In this document: positions 1-8,850 of the stretch, piece by piece
Numbering within the stretch: position 1 is the stretch's first letter
How the letters are laid out: each line of letters opens with the position of its first letter
DNA from: Candidatus Latescibacterota bacterium
GTDB lineage: Bacteria; Latescibacterota; UBA2968
Direction: 5' to 3'
Assembly (NCBI GenBank): GCA_965204745.1
Contig: OZ242010.1
Coordinates: 2,496,001-2,560,000 of the forward strand
DNA length: 64,000 nucleotides
The notes under the pieces: model-generated
Told to the model about the DNA's origin: nothing
Databases searched by the model: none
What the model saw: only the letters and a program-made list of their open reading frames with translations
Translations under genes and position numbers: made by a program

Positions 1-1
1 G

Positions 2-166
2 GCCAATGTGAATGTGTTGATGAATTACCGGTTCCGCCCCGGCAGCGATCTCTACCTCGTATTCGATCAAGGCTATGCCCGCGATCCAGACCTCGACCCC
101 AGCGGCGCATGGGCCGAAAGAAATCGCGCCGTGCTCGTCAAGGTGTCGTACATGCTGGGGATGTGA
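2..166 (+). CDS. C-terminal end of probable DUF5916-like outer membrane protein (5' truncated by window edge)
   Basis: Frame 2 open from edge: ANVNVLMNYRFRPGSDLYLVFDQG...VLVKVSYMLGM*, beta-barrel-like C-terminus. Confidence 0.55.
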   Translation, partial: ANVNVLMNYRFRPGSDLYLVFDQGYARDPDLDPSGAWAERNRAVLVKVSYMLGM

Positions 167-180
167 GGAAATGAAGGGGG

Positions 181-256
181 TAGGTAGTGTTGACATTTTA
201 TTTTTTTCCTTTATGCACAAATTGGCAAATGTGTTGCTTGCTCATTTAAGGCGTTT
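181..256 (-). mobile_element. Terminal fragment of MITE-like element (TIR TAGGTnGTGTTGACATTT)
   Basis: Reverse complement closely matches 10561-10637. Confidence 0.75.
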
Positions 257-912
257 CCTTTGATGGCTTCTCGCTCTGGTTGCTCCGATGGCGTTGACCG
301 AGAGGGACCTATCCCCCGGCCCCTTTCCTACGAGGAAAGGGGAGCAAAGCCCTTTGATGGCTTTTCGCTCTGGTTGCTCTGATGGCGTTGACCGAGGGGA
401 CCTATCCCCCGGCCCCTTTCCTACGAGGAAAGGGGAGTAAAGCCCTTTGGTGGCTTCTGGCTCTGGTTGCTCTGATGGCGTTGACCGAGAGGGACCTATC
501 CCCCGGCCCCTTTCCTACGAGGAAAGGGGAGTAAAGCCCTTTGATGGCTTCTGGCTCTGGTTGCTCCGATGGCGTTGACCGAGGGCATAAAGCGACTAAA
601 AAACCCCCTCATCAATCCCCTCGCAAAATCGCTCACCGTTTTCCCCTTCCTCATAGGAAAAAGGGAGTAAAGCCCTTTGATGGCTTCTGGCTCTGGTTGC
701 TCCGATGGCGTTGACCGAGAGGGACCTATCCCCCGGCCCCTTTCCTATGAGGAAAGGGGAGTAAAGCCCTTTGATGGCTTCTGGCTCTGGTTGCTCCGAT
801 GGCGTTGACCGAGGGCATAAAGCGATTAAAAAACCCCCTCATCAATCCCCTCGCAAAACCGCTCACCGTTCCCCCCTTCCTCATAGGAAGGGGGGCTAGG
901 GGGGTAGGTCCC
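257..912. repeat. Composite REP/BIME-like tandem array, six units (A-A-A-B-A-B)
   Basis: Units start at 257, 351, 444, 538, 674, 768; shared ~47-bp segment plus hairpin CCCCTTTCCTACGAGGAAAGGGG; ends GGGGGTAGGTCCC. Confidence 0.9.
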
Positions 913-935
913 AACAAAACGAAAGGAAAGCGACG

Positions 936-2567
936 ATGAACGACACAGGCAATCCTCTGCACCATGAAAATTACAGGAGACTCTTTGGTTTAGAGATTTA
1001 TCTGACACCCGTGTTCATTTTTTCTAGCCTCGCCATTGTCGGTCTCGTCGCCGGTGCCCTCGTGTTTGAGGAAGGCGCGACGCGCGTGTTTGGCGATGTC
1101 CGCGTGTGGATCATGACGAATTTCGATTGGCTGTTCATGATCACCGCCAACTTCGTCCTGCTCTTTTGCGCGTTTGTGGCTGTCTCGCCACTCGGCAAGG
1201 TGCGCCTCGGCGGGGAAGATGCAAAGCCCGATTATTCCTACGCGACATGGCTTGCCATGCTCTTTGCCGCAGGCGTGGGGATCGGGCTTTTGTTTTTTGG
1301 CGTGCTCGAGCCGGTGACCTACTTTCAAAACCCGCCGCTCGGCCTCGAGCATCTCGATCAAGTCTATGACACAGAAACGCGCTACACAGCCGAGAATACG
1401 CCCGACATCGATGACGCAGCGGTTCGGGCCGCGAGTGCCTTGGGAATCGCCGCGACGACCTTTCACTGGGGATTGCACGGGTGGGCAATTTACGGCGTCG
1501 TCGGCTTAACCCTCGCGTTTTTTGCGTACAACAGGGGGTTTCCCCTCACCATCCGCTCGGGGTTCTACGTGCTGTTCGGCGAGCGCGTATGGGGCTGGCC
1601 CGGGCACCTCGTGGATACGTTTGCCATCTTGGCGGGCCTGTTCGGCCTCGCGACCTCCCTGGGCCTGGGCGTGCAACAAGTGACCTCGGGCCTCAACTAT
1701 TTGTTTGGGGTGCCCGATAGCCACGCCACAATGGTGCTACTGATCGTGGGGATTACGGCCATCGCGCTGATATCGGTGCTGTCCGGCCTCGATGTGGGGA
1801 TCAAGCGTCTCAGCCAACTCAACATCGTCCTCGCGCTGGTGTTGCTGTTGGCGATGATCCTGCTCGGCCCCACGCGCTACATTTTTGATAGCATGGTCGC
1901 TGGGTTAGGCGAATACGTCACAAAACTCGTGCCCCTAAGCAACTGGATCGGCCGGACAGACACGGCCTTTTTGCACGGATGGACGACGTTTTATTGGGCG
2001 TGGTGGATTGCATGGGCGCCGTTTGTCGGCACGTTTATCGCCCGCATTTCCAAGGGGCGCACGGTGCGCGAGTTTATCTCCTGTGTGCTCATGTTCCCAA
2101 CCCTGTTGTGCTTGGTGTGGTTTGGCACGTTTGGCGGTATGTCCATTCACCAGTTCCTCACCGAGGGCTACACCGGCGTCACCGAGGCGGTCGAGGCGTC
2201 TCAACTCGCCCTCGTGCTGTTCAAAATGTTCGATGGCCTGCCGCTATCGGGCCTGTTGTACGGCCTGCCGCTGGCGGGCCTCCTGTCCTGCTTTGGCATG
2301 CTTTTGACCATCATCTTTTTCATCACCTCGTCGGACTCTGGCTCGCTGATCATCGACACCATAGCCGCCGGCGGGCGCACAGACGCGCCCGTGTCGCAAC
2401 GGGTGTTCTGGTGTACGGCCGAGGGCGCGGTTGCCATTGCCCTCCTGCTCGGCGGCGGCCTCAAGTCCATGCAGGCGGCCACCCTGGCCACGGGCCTCCC
2501 CTTCGCTTTTGTGCTCATCGGGATGTGCGCCTGCACCTGTCTCGGCCTCCGCAGGGCATCGCGGTGA
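936..2567 (+). CDS. BCCT family (betaine/carnitine/choline) transporter
   Basis: WLAMLFAAGVGIGLLFFGVLEP, FHWGLHGWAIY, WTTFYWAWWIAWAPFVGTFIARISKGRTVREF motifs. Confidence 0.95.
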   Translation: MNDTGNPLHHENYRRLFGLEIYLTPVFIFSSLAIVGLVAGALVFEEGATRVFGDVRVWIMTNFDWLFMITANFVLLFCAFVAVSPLGKVRLGGEDAKPDYSYATWLAMLFAAGVGIGLLFFGVLEPVTYFQNPPLGLEHLDQVYDTETRYTAENTPDIDDAAVRAASALGIAATTFHWGLHGWAIYGVVGLTLAFFAYNRGFPLTIRSGFYVLFGERVWGWPGHLVDTFAILAGLFGLATSLGLGVQQVTSGLNYLFGVPDSHATMVLLIVGITAIALISVLSGLDVGIKRLSQLNIVLALVLLLAMILLGPTRYIFDSMVAGLGEYVTKLVPLSNWIGRTDTAFLHGWTTFYWAWWIAWAPFVGTFIARISKGRTVREFISCVLMFPTLLCLVWFGTFGGMSIHQFLTEGYTGVTEAVEASQLALVLFKMFDGLPLSGLLYGLPLAGLLSCFGMLLTIIFFITSSDSGSLIIDTIAAGGRTDAPVSQRVFWCTAEGAVAIALLLGGGLKSMQAATLATGLPFAFVLIGMCACTCLGLRRASR

Positions 2568-2703
2568 TACTGGTACGATAGGGCTAAGAGCTGTTGCACT
2601 GCAAGTTAGATCACCGTAGTTTATTTGGGATTACATCTTGGGGCAACCACCCATTTCTTGAGCACCTCGTATTGACCCGCCATACCCATACAGCGAGGAA
2701 AAA

Positions 2704-3048
2704 GTGCGTTTTTGGGAGGAACAGGACAGAATCAACCAAGAGCTAATTCCTCGGGTCATTCGTCAGAACGAACTGCTAAGCCAGCACATAGCCGAGCACG
2801 ACAACCTGCAACAAATACTCAGCGATACCATCCAAAAGGCTCTCACCGAGCAGGCCCAACAGTACGAATCAGCCTTAAATGCCGCCCAAAAACAGCTCGA
2901 TGAAACCCATGACGAGATCACCCAAAAGACTATGACCAAAGCGTTGGAGACCCTGAATCAAGAGGCACGTCAGACTCGAAACCGCCTTGCTGTAATCACC
3001 GTTGTCAGTATCGCCATCGCCGCACTAATGTTCGCCGTTCTCACATAG
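2704..3048 (+). CDS. Hypothetical coiled-coil protein with C-terminal TM (possibly 5' truncated)
   Basis: Gln/Glu-rich helical ORF with hydrophobic tail; frame stays open upstream to 2662 with no ATG. Confidence 0.6.
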   Translation: MRFWEEQDRINQELIPRVIRQNELLSQHIAEHDNLQQILSDTIQKALTEQAQQYESALNAAQKQLDETHDEITQKTMTKALETLNQEARQTRNRLAVITVVSIAIAALMFAVLT

Positions 3049-3060
3049 GAGGCAACCGCT

Positions 3061-4179
3061 ATGACCATGCAGTCGCTAAACCTGTTACCGGAACTGCGAA
3101 AACTCCCCGGGCCGGAATCCGATCAACGCAAATCCTTTCGGGATATGATCGCTGAGCTGCGAGGCATGGAGCGAGGGCTTATGGCAGTCGAAACCGTGTC
3201 TGCGACCTCGTTCGCGATGTGGGGTATTTTCGATACTATCAATGTGGACGATACCCTAGAAAAAGCTCACGAAATGGCCTTCGGCAACTACGAGGGTTCA
3301 TTGCACGACCACTGGCAAGAAATGTTACGAGGCGATGAGGATGCCTCCGCTGGATTCATCAGTGCCCTCAAAGGCAAAGTAGCCGAATTTAACGCCGCCG
3401 AAATGCTAGAACAAAACGGCTATACGAACGTAGAAATCGCCGCGAATCCCATCCAGCCAGAATGGGACATCAGCGCTATTTCTGCGGAAGGAGAGGAAGT
3501 CCTGTTCCAAGTTAAAACCGGAGTGGAGGGGTACGCTAGCGACGTGAGGGAAAGAATGGAAAATACCCAGGATATCGAATACTTGATCAGTACCGAACTA
3601 TACGACAAAATCGCCGAGCGAAGCCCTGAACTCATTGATCAGATGGCCGAGATAGGCTCCGATTACGAACTAGTGGAAGGAATAAAGGACGGTCTCAATA
3701 CCCTCAGCGACAATATGGACCTTGACCTACCCGATAGCATCGGAGAGATAGTCCCCTACGCCGGCGCAATTATGATGGGTGCTCGTCTGATATACAACGT
3801 CATCAAAACCGAGAAAGAGTTCAGCACTGCTGACCGCACCACTAAGAACAAGATGCAAGTCGTCCAAGCCCTTACCGTAATGTCCCGATTTGGCATCTCA
3901 ACCGGCCTTTCGATGGTCGGTGGACTGGGCGGGGGTACTATAGGCTCATTCATACCGGGCATTGGCAACCTGATCGGCGGCATCGCCGGCACAGTATTTG
4001 GGGCCGGCATGGGAATGTACCTGAACAAGCACCTCCAACCCCATATGTTGAACCTAGCCCTGAGCATCACTGGACTCACCCACGCAGACCTCTTCTACTA
4101 CAAGAACAAGCCCCATATTGATAGGGTAGCCTTGTCTTTCCGGCAAGACGCTAACATGCTAGCCGCTGTCCCTAGTTAA
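3061..4179 (+). CDS. Hypothetical protein, possible PD-(D/E)XK-like domain plus glycine-zipper membrane segment
   Basis: SD AGGAGG upstream; KGKVAE...PEWDI...FQVKT; GGLGGGTIGSFIPGIGNLIGGIAG. Confidence 0.75.
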   Translation: MTMQSLNLLPELRKLPGPESDQRKSFRDMIAELRGMERGLMAVETVSATSFAMWGIFDTINVDDTLEKAHEMAFGNYEGSLHDHWQEMLRGDEDASAGFISALKGKVAEFNAAEMLEQNGYTNVEIAANPIQPEWDISAISAEGEEVLFQVKTGVEGYASDVRERMENTQDIEYLISTELYDKIAERSPELIDQMAEIGSDYELVEGIKDGLNTLSDNMDLDLPDSIGEIVPYAGAIMMGARLIYNVIKTEKEFSTADRTTKNKMQVVQALTVMSRFGISTGLSMVGGLGGGTIGSFIPGIGNLIGGIAGTVFGAGMGMYLNKHLQPHMLNLALSITGLTHADLFYYKNKPHIDRVALSFRQDANMLAAVPS

Positions 4180-4220
4180 ACGGGATAGAGTCCCACTTGT
4201 GCAAGGCGAGCACTGCTGGC

Positions 4221-4249
4221 TTGACGAGGAACAGGCGTGATTATATAGT
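4221..4249 (+). promoter_or_regulatory. Sigma70-like promoter of cas remnant operon
   Basis: TTGACG-17 bp-TATAGT; AGGAGG SD before ATG 4320. Confidence 0.6.
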
Positions 4250-4319
4250 GGGGACAGGCAGAATACTTGGATGGAGATAGAAAGGACAACACACTCTGAT
4301 GTGACAGGAGGCCCTGAGT

Positions 4320-4712
4320 ATGGCCGAACGAGATGCTTTGATTTTGGGTGCGCTGTTGCACGATATTGGGAAGTTTGAATTTCGCGCCAATCGCACGTTT
4401 ACGCCGCATACAAATTACGGTGGCTACTTTGTTCAGGAGTACCTCAATCGGTTTCGCTGTCTGGACGATATTCGCGAGGATATTCGCAGAAAAGTAGCGT
4501 GGCATCACGAGGCCGAATTGGCCGTTACAGCAGAAGGCGCGGATCGGTTTATGACCTTGTCGCTCTACGCGCCTCGAGAGTCGGAAATGGCTACGGTGCG
4601 TTCGGATGGGGCGTGGTACAATTTGACCGTGCGAAAAGGCAAAGTGGGCGGGCCGGATTACGCGGGTGAGACCTTAAATGATGCGATGGGTTTGCAGAAA
4701 GGAGAAGAGGAT
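4320..4712 (+). pseudogene. Chimeric remnant: Cas10/Csm1 N-terminal HD domain joined to Csm4-like fragment, in frame with downstream CARF gene
   Basis: GALLHDIGKF...H..YG...WHH (Cas10 HD) then ADRFMTLSLYAP...WYNLTVRKGKVGG (Csm4-like); no Palm/GGDD domain. Confidence 0.65.
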
Positions 4713-5987
4713 ATGAACTCGGCGATGCTGGTGACAGTGGGGGTGGGGAACACGGTTTCGGATGCGATTGCATTTGCCATTCGGGGCATACGCCCGGATT
4801 TTGTGGTGTTTCTGACGACGGAACAAAGTGAAAAACAGACGATGTCCGCTGTTGTGGAAAAGCTCGCTTTGTCTCCTAAAAATTATACATGTCGCCGCGT
4901 GGCTGACGAGGATGATGTTGAAAACTGCACCTTGAATTTCATCGCTGCGATCCAAGATTTGAAAACGCGGGGATTTGACGTAAAAGACATCGTGGCGGAT
5001 TTCACAACGGGCACCAAGGCGATGTCTGCGGCACTTGTGGCGGCTGGCATTGGGGAGCCCATTGGCAAGTTGTCTTATATCATTGGGGAACGCGGTGAAG
5101 GCGGGATCGTTATTTCGGGCACGGAACGCGCCTTGTCGCTCGAACCAAACCGATTGACCATCCGCCGCATGACGGAACAGGCCATCGCGCAATTCAACGC
5201 CACGCGCTTTGACACATGTCTGGAAATGCTCGATCAGATTGTGGGTTTTACTCGCCTGCCGCAAGTCACTCAAGCGATGGCTACCTTGCAAACGCTTGCA
5301 AAGGGATATCGGGCTTGGGATCAATTCGACTACAAATCGGCCATGCCGCATCTGAATTGCTTGAAGGGAAACGAACTGTTGCCCAAGTGGGGATTGAAAA
5401 GCAAGTTGGAGCAACACAAGGCTTTTTTGCACCGCGTGAGTAAGTCCGAGTACGGCGTCGAGCGCGCCCTGGATTTGTGGAACAGCGCAGAAAAACGCAA
5501 GGCAGAAGGACGGTTCGACGATGCCATCGCGCGTCTGTATCGGTTGATGGAATACATTGCACAAGTGCAACTCTTCAACAATCACAAGGGCCTGAAAACC
5601 AGCGACCTCGATGTGCAGTTGCTACCCGAACCCCTGCGACCACAGTATCTAAAAAAAGTCGGACGATCCGACAAAATCACCCTGCCGCTGTATGAAAGCT
5701 ATGAGTTGTTGAAGCATTTGGGCGATAGCTTGGGATGTTTGTTCGCAGACGAGTATGACGGAACGGGTGAGCTAAAAAAAGTGCTAGGGCTGAGAAATCA
5801 GTCCATTCTCGCGCATGGCTTTGGGCCGGTCTCTCAAAAGGGATGTGAAACAGCACGGGATTATGTCCGGAAGTTTATGGTGCAGGCATTTCCAGACTGG
5901 GCGGAGAAAGCCAAAGAGGCGGTATTTCCGGCTCTGAATCCCGCGCCAGTGATTGAGAGTTTGGGATTAGCAGGTCAATCAGGCTGA
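4713..5987 (+). CDS. TIGR02710-like CRISPR-associated CARF protein with C-terminal HEPN-type motif
   Basis: Internal ATG with AAAGGAG SD; LVTVG...PDFVVFLTT, DFTTGTKAMSAAL, FDDAIARLYRLME, RNQSILAHG. Confidence 0.85.
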   Translation: MNSAMLVTVGVGNTVSDAIAFAIRGIRPDFVVFLTTEQSEKQTMSAVVEKLALSPKNYTCRRVADEDDVENCTLNFIAAIQDLKTRGFDVKDIVADFTTGTKAMSAALVAAGIGEPIGKLSYIIGERGEGGIVISGTERALSLEPNRLTIRRMTEQAIAQFNATRFDTCLEMLDQIVGFTRLPQVTQAMATLQTLAKGYRAWDQFDYKSAMPHLNCLKGNELLPKWGLKSKLEQHKAFLHRVSKSEYGVERALDLWNSAEKRKAEGRFDDAIARLYRLMEYIAQVQLFNNHKGLKTSDLDVQLLPEPLRPQYLKKVGRSDKITLPLYESYELLKHLGDSLGCLFADEYDGTGELKKVLGLRNQSILAHGFGPVSQKGCETARDYVRKFMVQAFPDWAEKAKEAVFPALNPAPVIESLGLAGQSG

Positions 5988-6021
5988 TTGGGCTGGTTCT
6001 GACGCGATAAGGCCGGTTGCG

Positions 6022-6324
6022 GTGCCGATCCCATCGCACAAAAAGGACGGTCTCTCCGATGTGGCACACCACCGTCCGCGAGGCTGGCAGAATTTCGTCA
6101 CTCGCCTTTGTGAGATCGATTGCGTAAGCCGGGTTTCTTATGACGAGGCCGCTTATGGCGGTGAAAAAGTTAAGATACTCAACGGTGACAACGGCACCAT
6201 CGCGGTGCGATATGGCCCAACGGGCGAGGAGTTGCCCTTGCGCGTTGAGACCTCTGCTCGCGGGGAGGTCCAAACGAAACTGGTTGAGGAATACATTGCA
6301 AAAAACCTTATTCGGAGGAATTGA
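6022..6324 (+). CDS. Small protein/fragment resembling the C-terminal domain of APE2256/TIGR02619-type CRISPR-associated proteins
   Basis: KDGLSDVAHHRPRGWQNFVTRLC...LPLRVETSARG; directly follows CARF gene; weak start, likely 5' truncated. Confidence 0.45.
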   Translation: MPIPSHKKDGLSDVAHHRPRGWQNFVTRLCEIDCVSRVSYDEAAYGGEKVKILNGDNGTIAVRYGPTGEELPLRVETSARGEVQTKLVEEYIAKNLIRRN

Positions 6325-6364
6325 TTTGTAAATCCTTGGGTTGAATGATTCGTTCAAAAAAAGC

Positions 6365-6394
6365 AAAAGCCAGACGCATTGTCTGGCTTTTTTT
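6365..6394. terminator. Intrinsic terminator (bidirectional)
   Basis: AAAAGCCAGAC-GCATT-GTCTGGCTTTTTTT. Confidence 0.8.
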
Positions 6395-6466
6395 GTGCAA
6401 CAGTTCAGCTAAAAGTCTCTTTCAGGTGCTGGCATGGTTTAAGTCAGTAAAACCGCTACCCTTTTC

Positions 6467-6661
6467 TCACTCCTCTTTTTTTTCGTCTCTCTCCTCATTT
6501 CTATTCCATTCCTGCAAGGAAATAAACAACGCGCCCAAGAGAAATAAGATAAGGGAAAAACCCCACCCATCTCCATCATAGACGCCGCCACGCGACTCTG
6601 CAACCCAAAACGGCAACACGCAACCTATGAATACCAATCCCAATCCCGATATAATGAACAT
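6467..6661 (-). CDS. Small two-TM membrane protein
   Basis: GGAGG SD, two hydrophobic segments, charged tail. Confidence 0.6.
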   Translation of the reverse strand: MFIISGLGLVFIGCVLPFWVAESRGGVYDGDGWGFSLILFLLGALFISLQEWNRNEERDEKKEE

Positions 6662-6746
6662 GACAATTCCTCCAATGGTGGTTTAGTTTAAGCGGACGGT
6701 GATTATGCCATCAACAGAGATGGCGACCTATACCGCTGACTGTCTT

Positions 6747-7035
6747 TCACCGAACGATTGATGACATACCGCGAGAACGCGGTGAGTTTCCGAGTTTGAA
6801 CATGATCAGCGTGCCGAGGGTCAACAAGGTCGTGATCTGGATTTCCAATAATCCAACACAAAGCCGTAAAAAGTCGGCTGTTGATTTCTCGAAAGCCGCT
6901 GTCGATGCGTGTCGACAATTCGCGCTGACCTCGTGCTAGATTGGTCAACCGATGGCCGATCTGTTCAATGACGCCTTCGTGCCTGCTCGTGCGGGCGTCC
7001 AATTCAGCACATCTGCTCCCTGTGGGCGGCAACAT
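6747..7035 (-). pseudogene. Frameshifted small coiled-coil protein with C-terminal TM
   Basis: AAGGAG SD, ATG 7035; removing one base at 6842-6844 gives WIIGIQITTLLTLGTLIMFKLG. Confidence 0.55.
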
Positions 7036-7325
7036 TTGTTCTTCTCCTTGTGGTGAATGGTGAGTTAAAACGGCACGTCTTGCCGAGGTCATGACAAACA
7101 TACTCAATTATCTCAAAATTTTCAAGTACTGATAACTCGTTTTGCCGACCACTGATAGCTGCTCTCGCCCGATTTGAAACATTGCTTTGCGTGCCGAATC
7201 CGTTATATTTGATAGCGCATAAGCGGGCAAAACGCAAGCATGCATTGTCGTCGAGTTGTTGCGCTGGGCAGAGGCGATAACATCTATTTGGATCGGTGGA
7301 TCGAATTTGGCATAGGGTTTGAAAT

Positions 7326-8681
7326 ATGGATGCTTACGATGCGTGGTTTCAGTGTTTTCGCGGGTGTGCGGGTCGCTATCCGTTGACCGAGGTGATTTAC
7401 ACCTGCCCGACGTGTGGGGGGTTGCTCGAGGTGGCGCATGATATGGCGGTGCTCAAGCGCGAATCGGGTGCGTATTGGCGGGCCTTGTTCGACAGGCGGT
7501 ATATGCGAACCGAGTGGCCTTATGGCAGTTCGGTGTGGGGGAAGAAGGAATTGGTCTGCCCGGTGGTTCACGAAAACAATGTGGTGTCGATGTACGAAGG
7601 GGGCAGCAATTTGTTTTGGGCCGAGCGTCTGGGCCGGGAAATTGGGGTCGATGATTTGTGGGTCAAGCAATGCGGCAACAGCCATACCGGGTCGTTCAAG
7701 GATTTGGGCATGACCGTGTTGGTGTCGATGGTGAAGCAGATGCAGTTCGAGGGCGTGCATATCCCGGCGGTTGCGTGTGCATCCACCGGGGACACGTCTG
7801 CGGCACTGGCTGCGTATTGCGCGGCAGCGGGGATCCAAGCGGTGGTGTTTTTGCCGAGGGACAAAATCTCGACCGCGCAACTCTTGCAACCCTTGGCCAA
7901 TGGCGCGCTGGTGCTGAGTTTGGAAACGGACTTTGACGGGTGCATGAAACTCGTGCAGGAGATTTGCCATGAGGAACACATCTATCTCGCCAACTCGATC
8001 AATTCCCTGCGCGTGGAGGGGCAAAAGACGATCAGCATTGAATTGGTGCAACAATTCGATTGGGAAGTGCCGGATTGGATCGTGATCCCGGGCGGGAACT
8101 TGGGCAATGTGAGCGCGCTCGGCAAAGGGTTTCTCGAAATGCAGGCACTGGGGATCATCGACCGGTTGCCGCGCATCGCTGTGGCCCAAGCCCACAGGGC
8201 CAACCCGCTCTATCGCAGTTTTGAAAAGAACTTTGACGATTTTGAACCCATTCGCGCCCAGCCCACCTTGGCCAGCGCGATCCAAATCGGCAACCCGGTC
8301 AGCAGGGAAAAGGCGACGCAAACGCTCAAATTATTCGGCGGGGTCGTCGAGGAAGCCAGCGAGCAGGAATTGGCGGATGCAGCGGCGCGCGCGGATCGCA
8401 CGGGGTTGTTTGCGTGCCCACACACGGGCGTCGCGTTTGCGGCATTGTTCAAGTTGATCGACAAGGGCGTCATTCAAAAGGATGACCGGGTGATCGCGAT
8501 TTCGACCGCGCACGGCTTGAAATTCAACGAATTCAAACTCGGGTACCACCGCGATGAGTTGCAGAACTGGCGCGTCAACCCGCGCTATGACAATGCGCCG
8601 GTCGCGTTGCCGCCCGACGCGGATGCGGTCAAACGGGCGATTTTAGAGCGGGTGGAAGCCGACGAAAAGTTGACAGGATAA
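7326..8681 (+). CDS. thrC: Threonine synthase (plant-like type)
   Basis: [15 protein letters not shown] lysine motif, [21 protein letters not shown]. Confidence 0.93.
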   Translation: MDAYDAWFQCFRGCAGRYPLTEVIYTCPTCGGLLEVAHDMAVLKRESGAYWRALFDRRYMRTEWPYGSSVWGKKELVCPVVHENNVVSMYEGGSNLFWAERLGREIGVDDLWVKQCGNSHTGSFKDLGMTVLVSMVKQMQFEGVHIPAVACASTGDTSAALAAYCAAAGIQAVVFLPRDKISTAQLLQPLANGALVLSLETDFDGCMKLVQEICHEEHIYLANSINSLRVEGQKTISIELVQQFDWEVPDWIVIPGGNLGNVSALGKGFLEMQALGIIDRLPRIAVAQAHRANPLYRSFEKNFDDFEPIRAQPTLASAIQIGNPVSREKATQTLKLFGGVVEEASEQELADAAARADRTGLFACPHTGVAFAALFKLIDKGVIQKDDRVIAISTAHGLKFNEFKLGYHRDELQNWRVNPRYDNAPVALPPDADAVKRAILERVEADEKLTG

Positions 8682-8850
8682 GGGGTTTTGGTTACATTGT
8701 GAACGCAACAAAATGGTGGTGATTTGCGGCATATTGCAGCCACTTTAAACAAGTCGCTAAAAAGTCAATCCAAATTCCGGGCTTTTTGGCCCGGTTTTTT
8801 TGCGTACAGCGCGGGGCTTTTTGTGGCTCCGCTTTTTTTGGAGATGGCGC

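Noticed and set aside
257-912. CRISPR array belonging to the nearby cas remnant
   Set aside because: Intervening sequences are repeated rather than unique, units are 93-136 bp, and copies are dispersed as REPs
8690-8850. SAM riboswitch or T-box
   Set aside because: Consensus elements not found by eye
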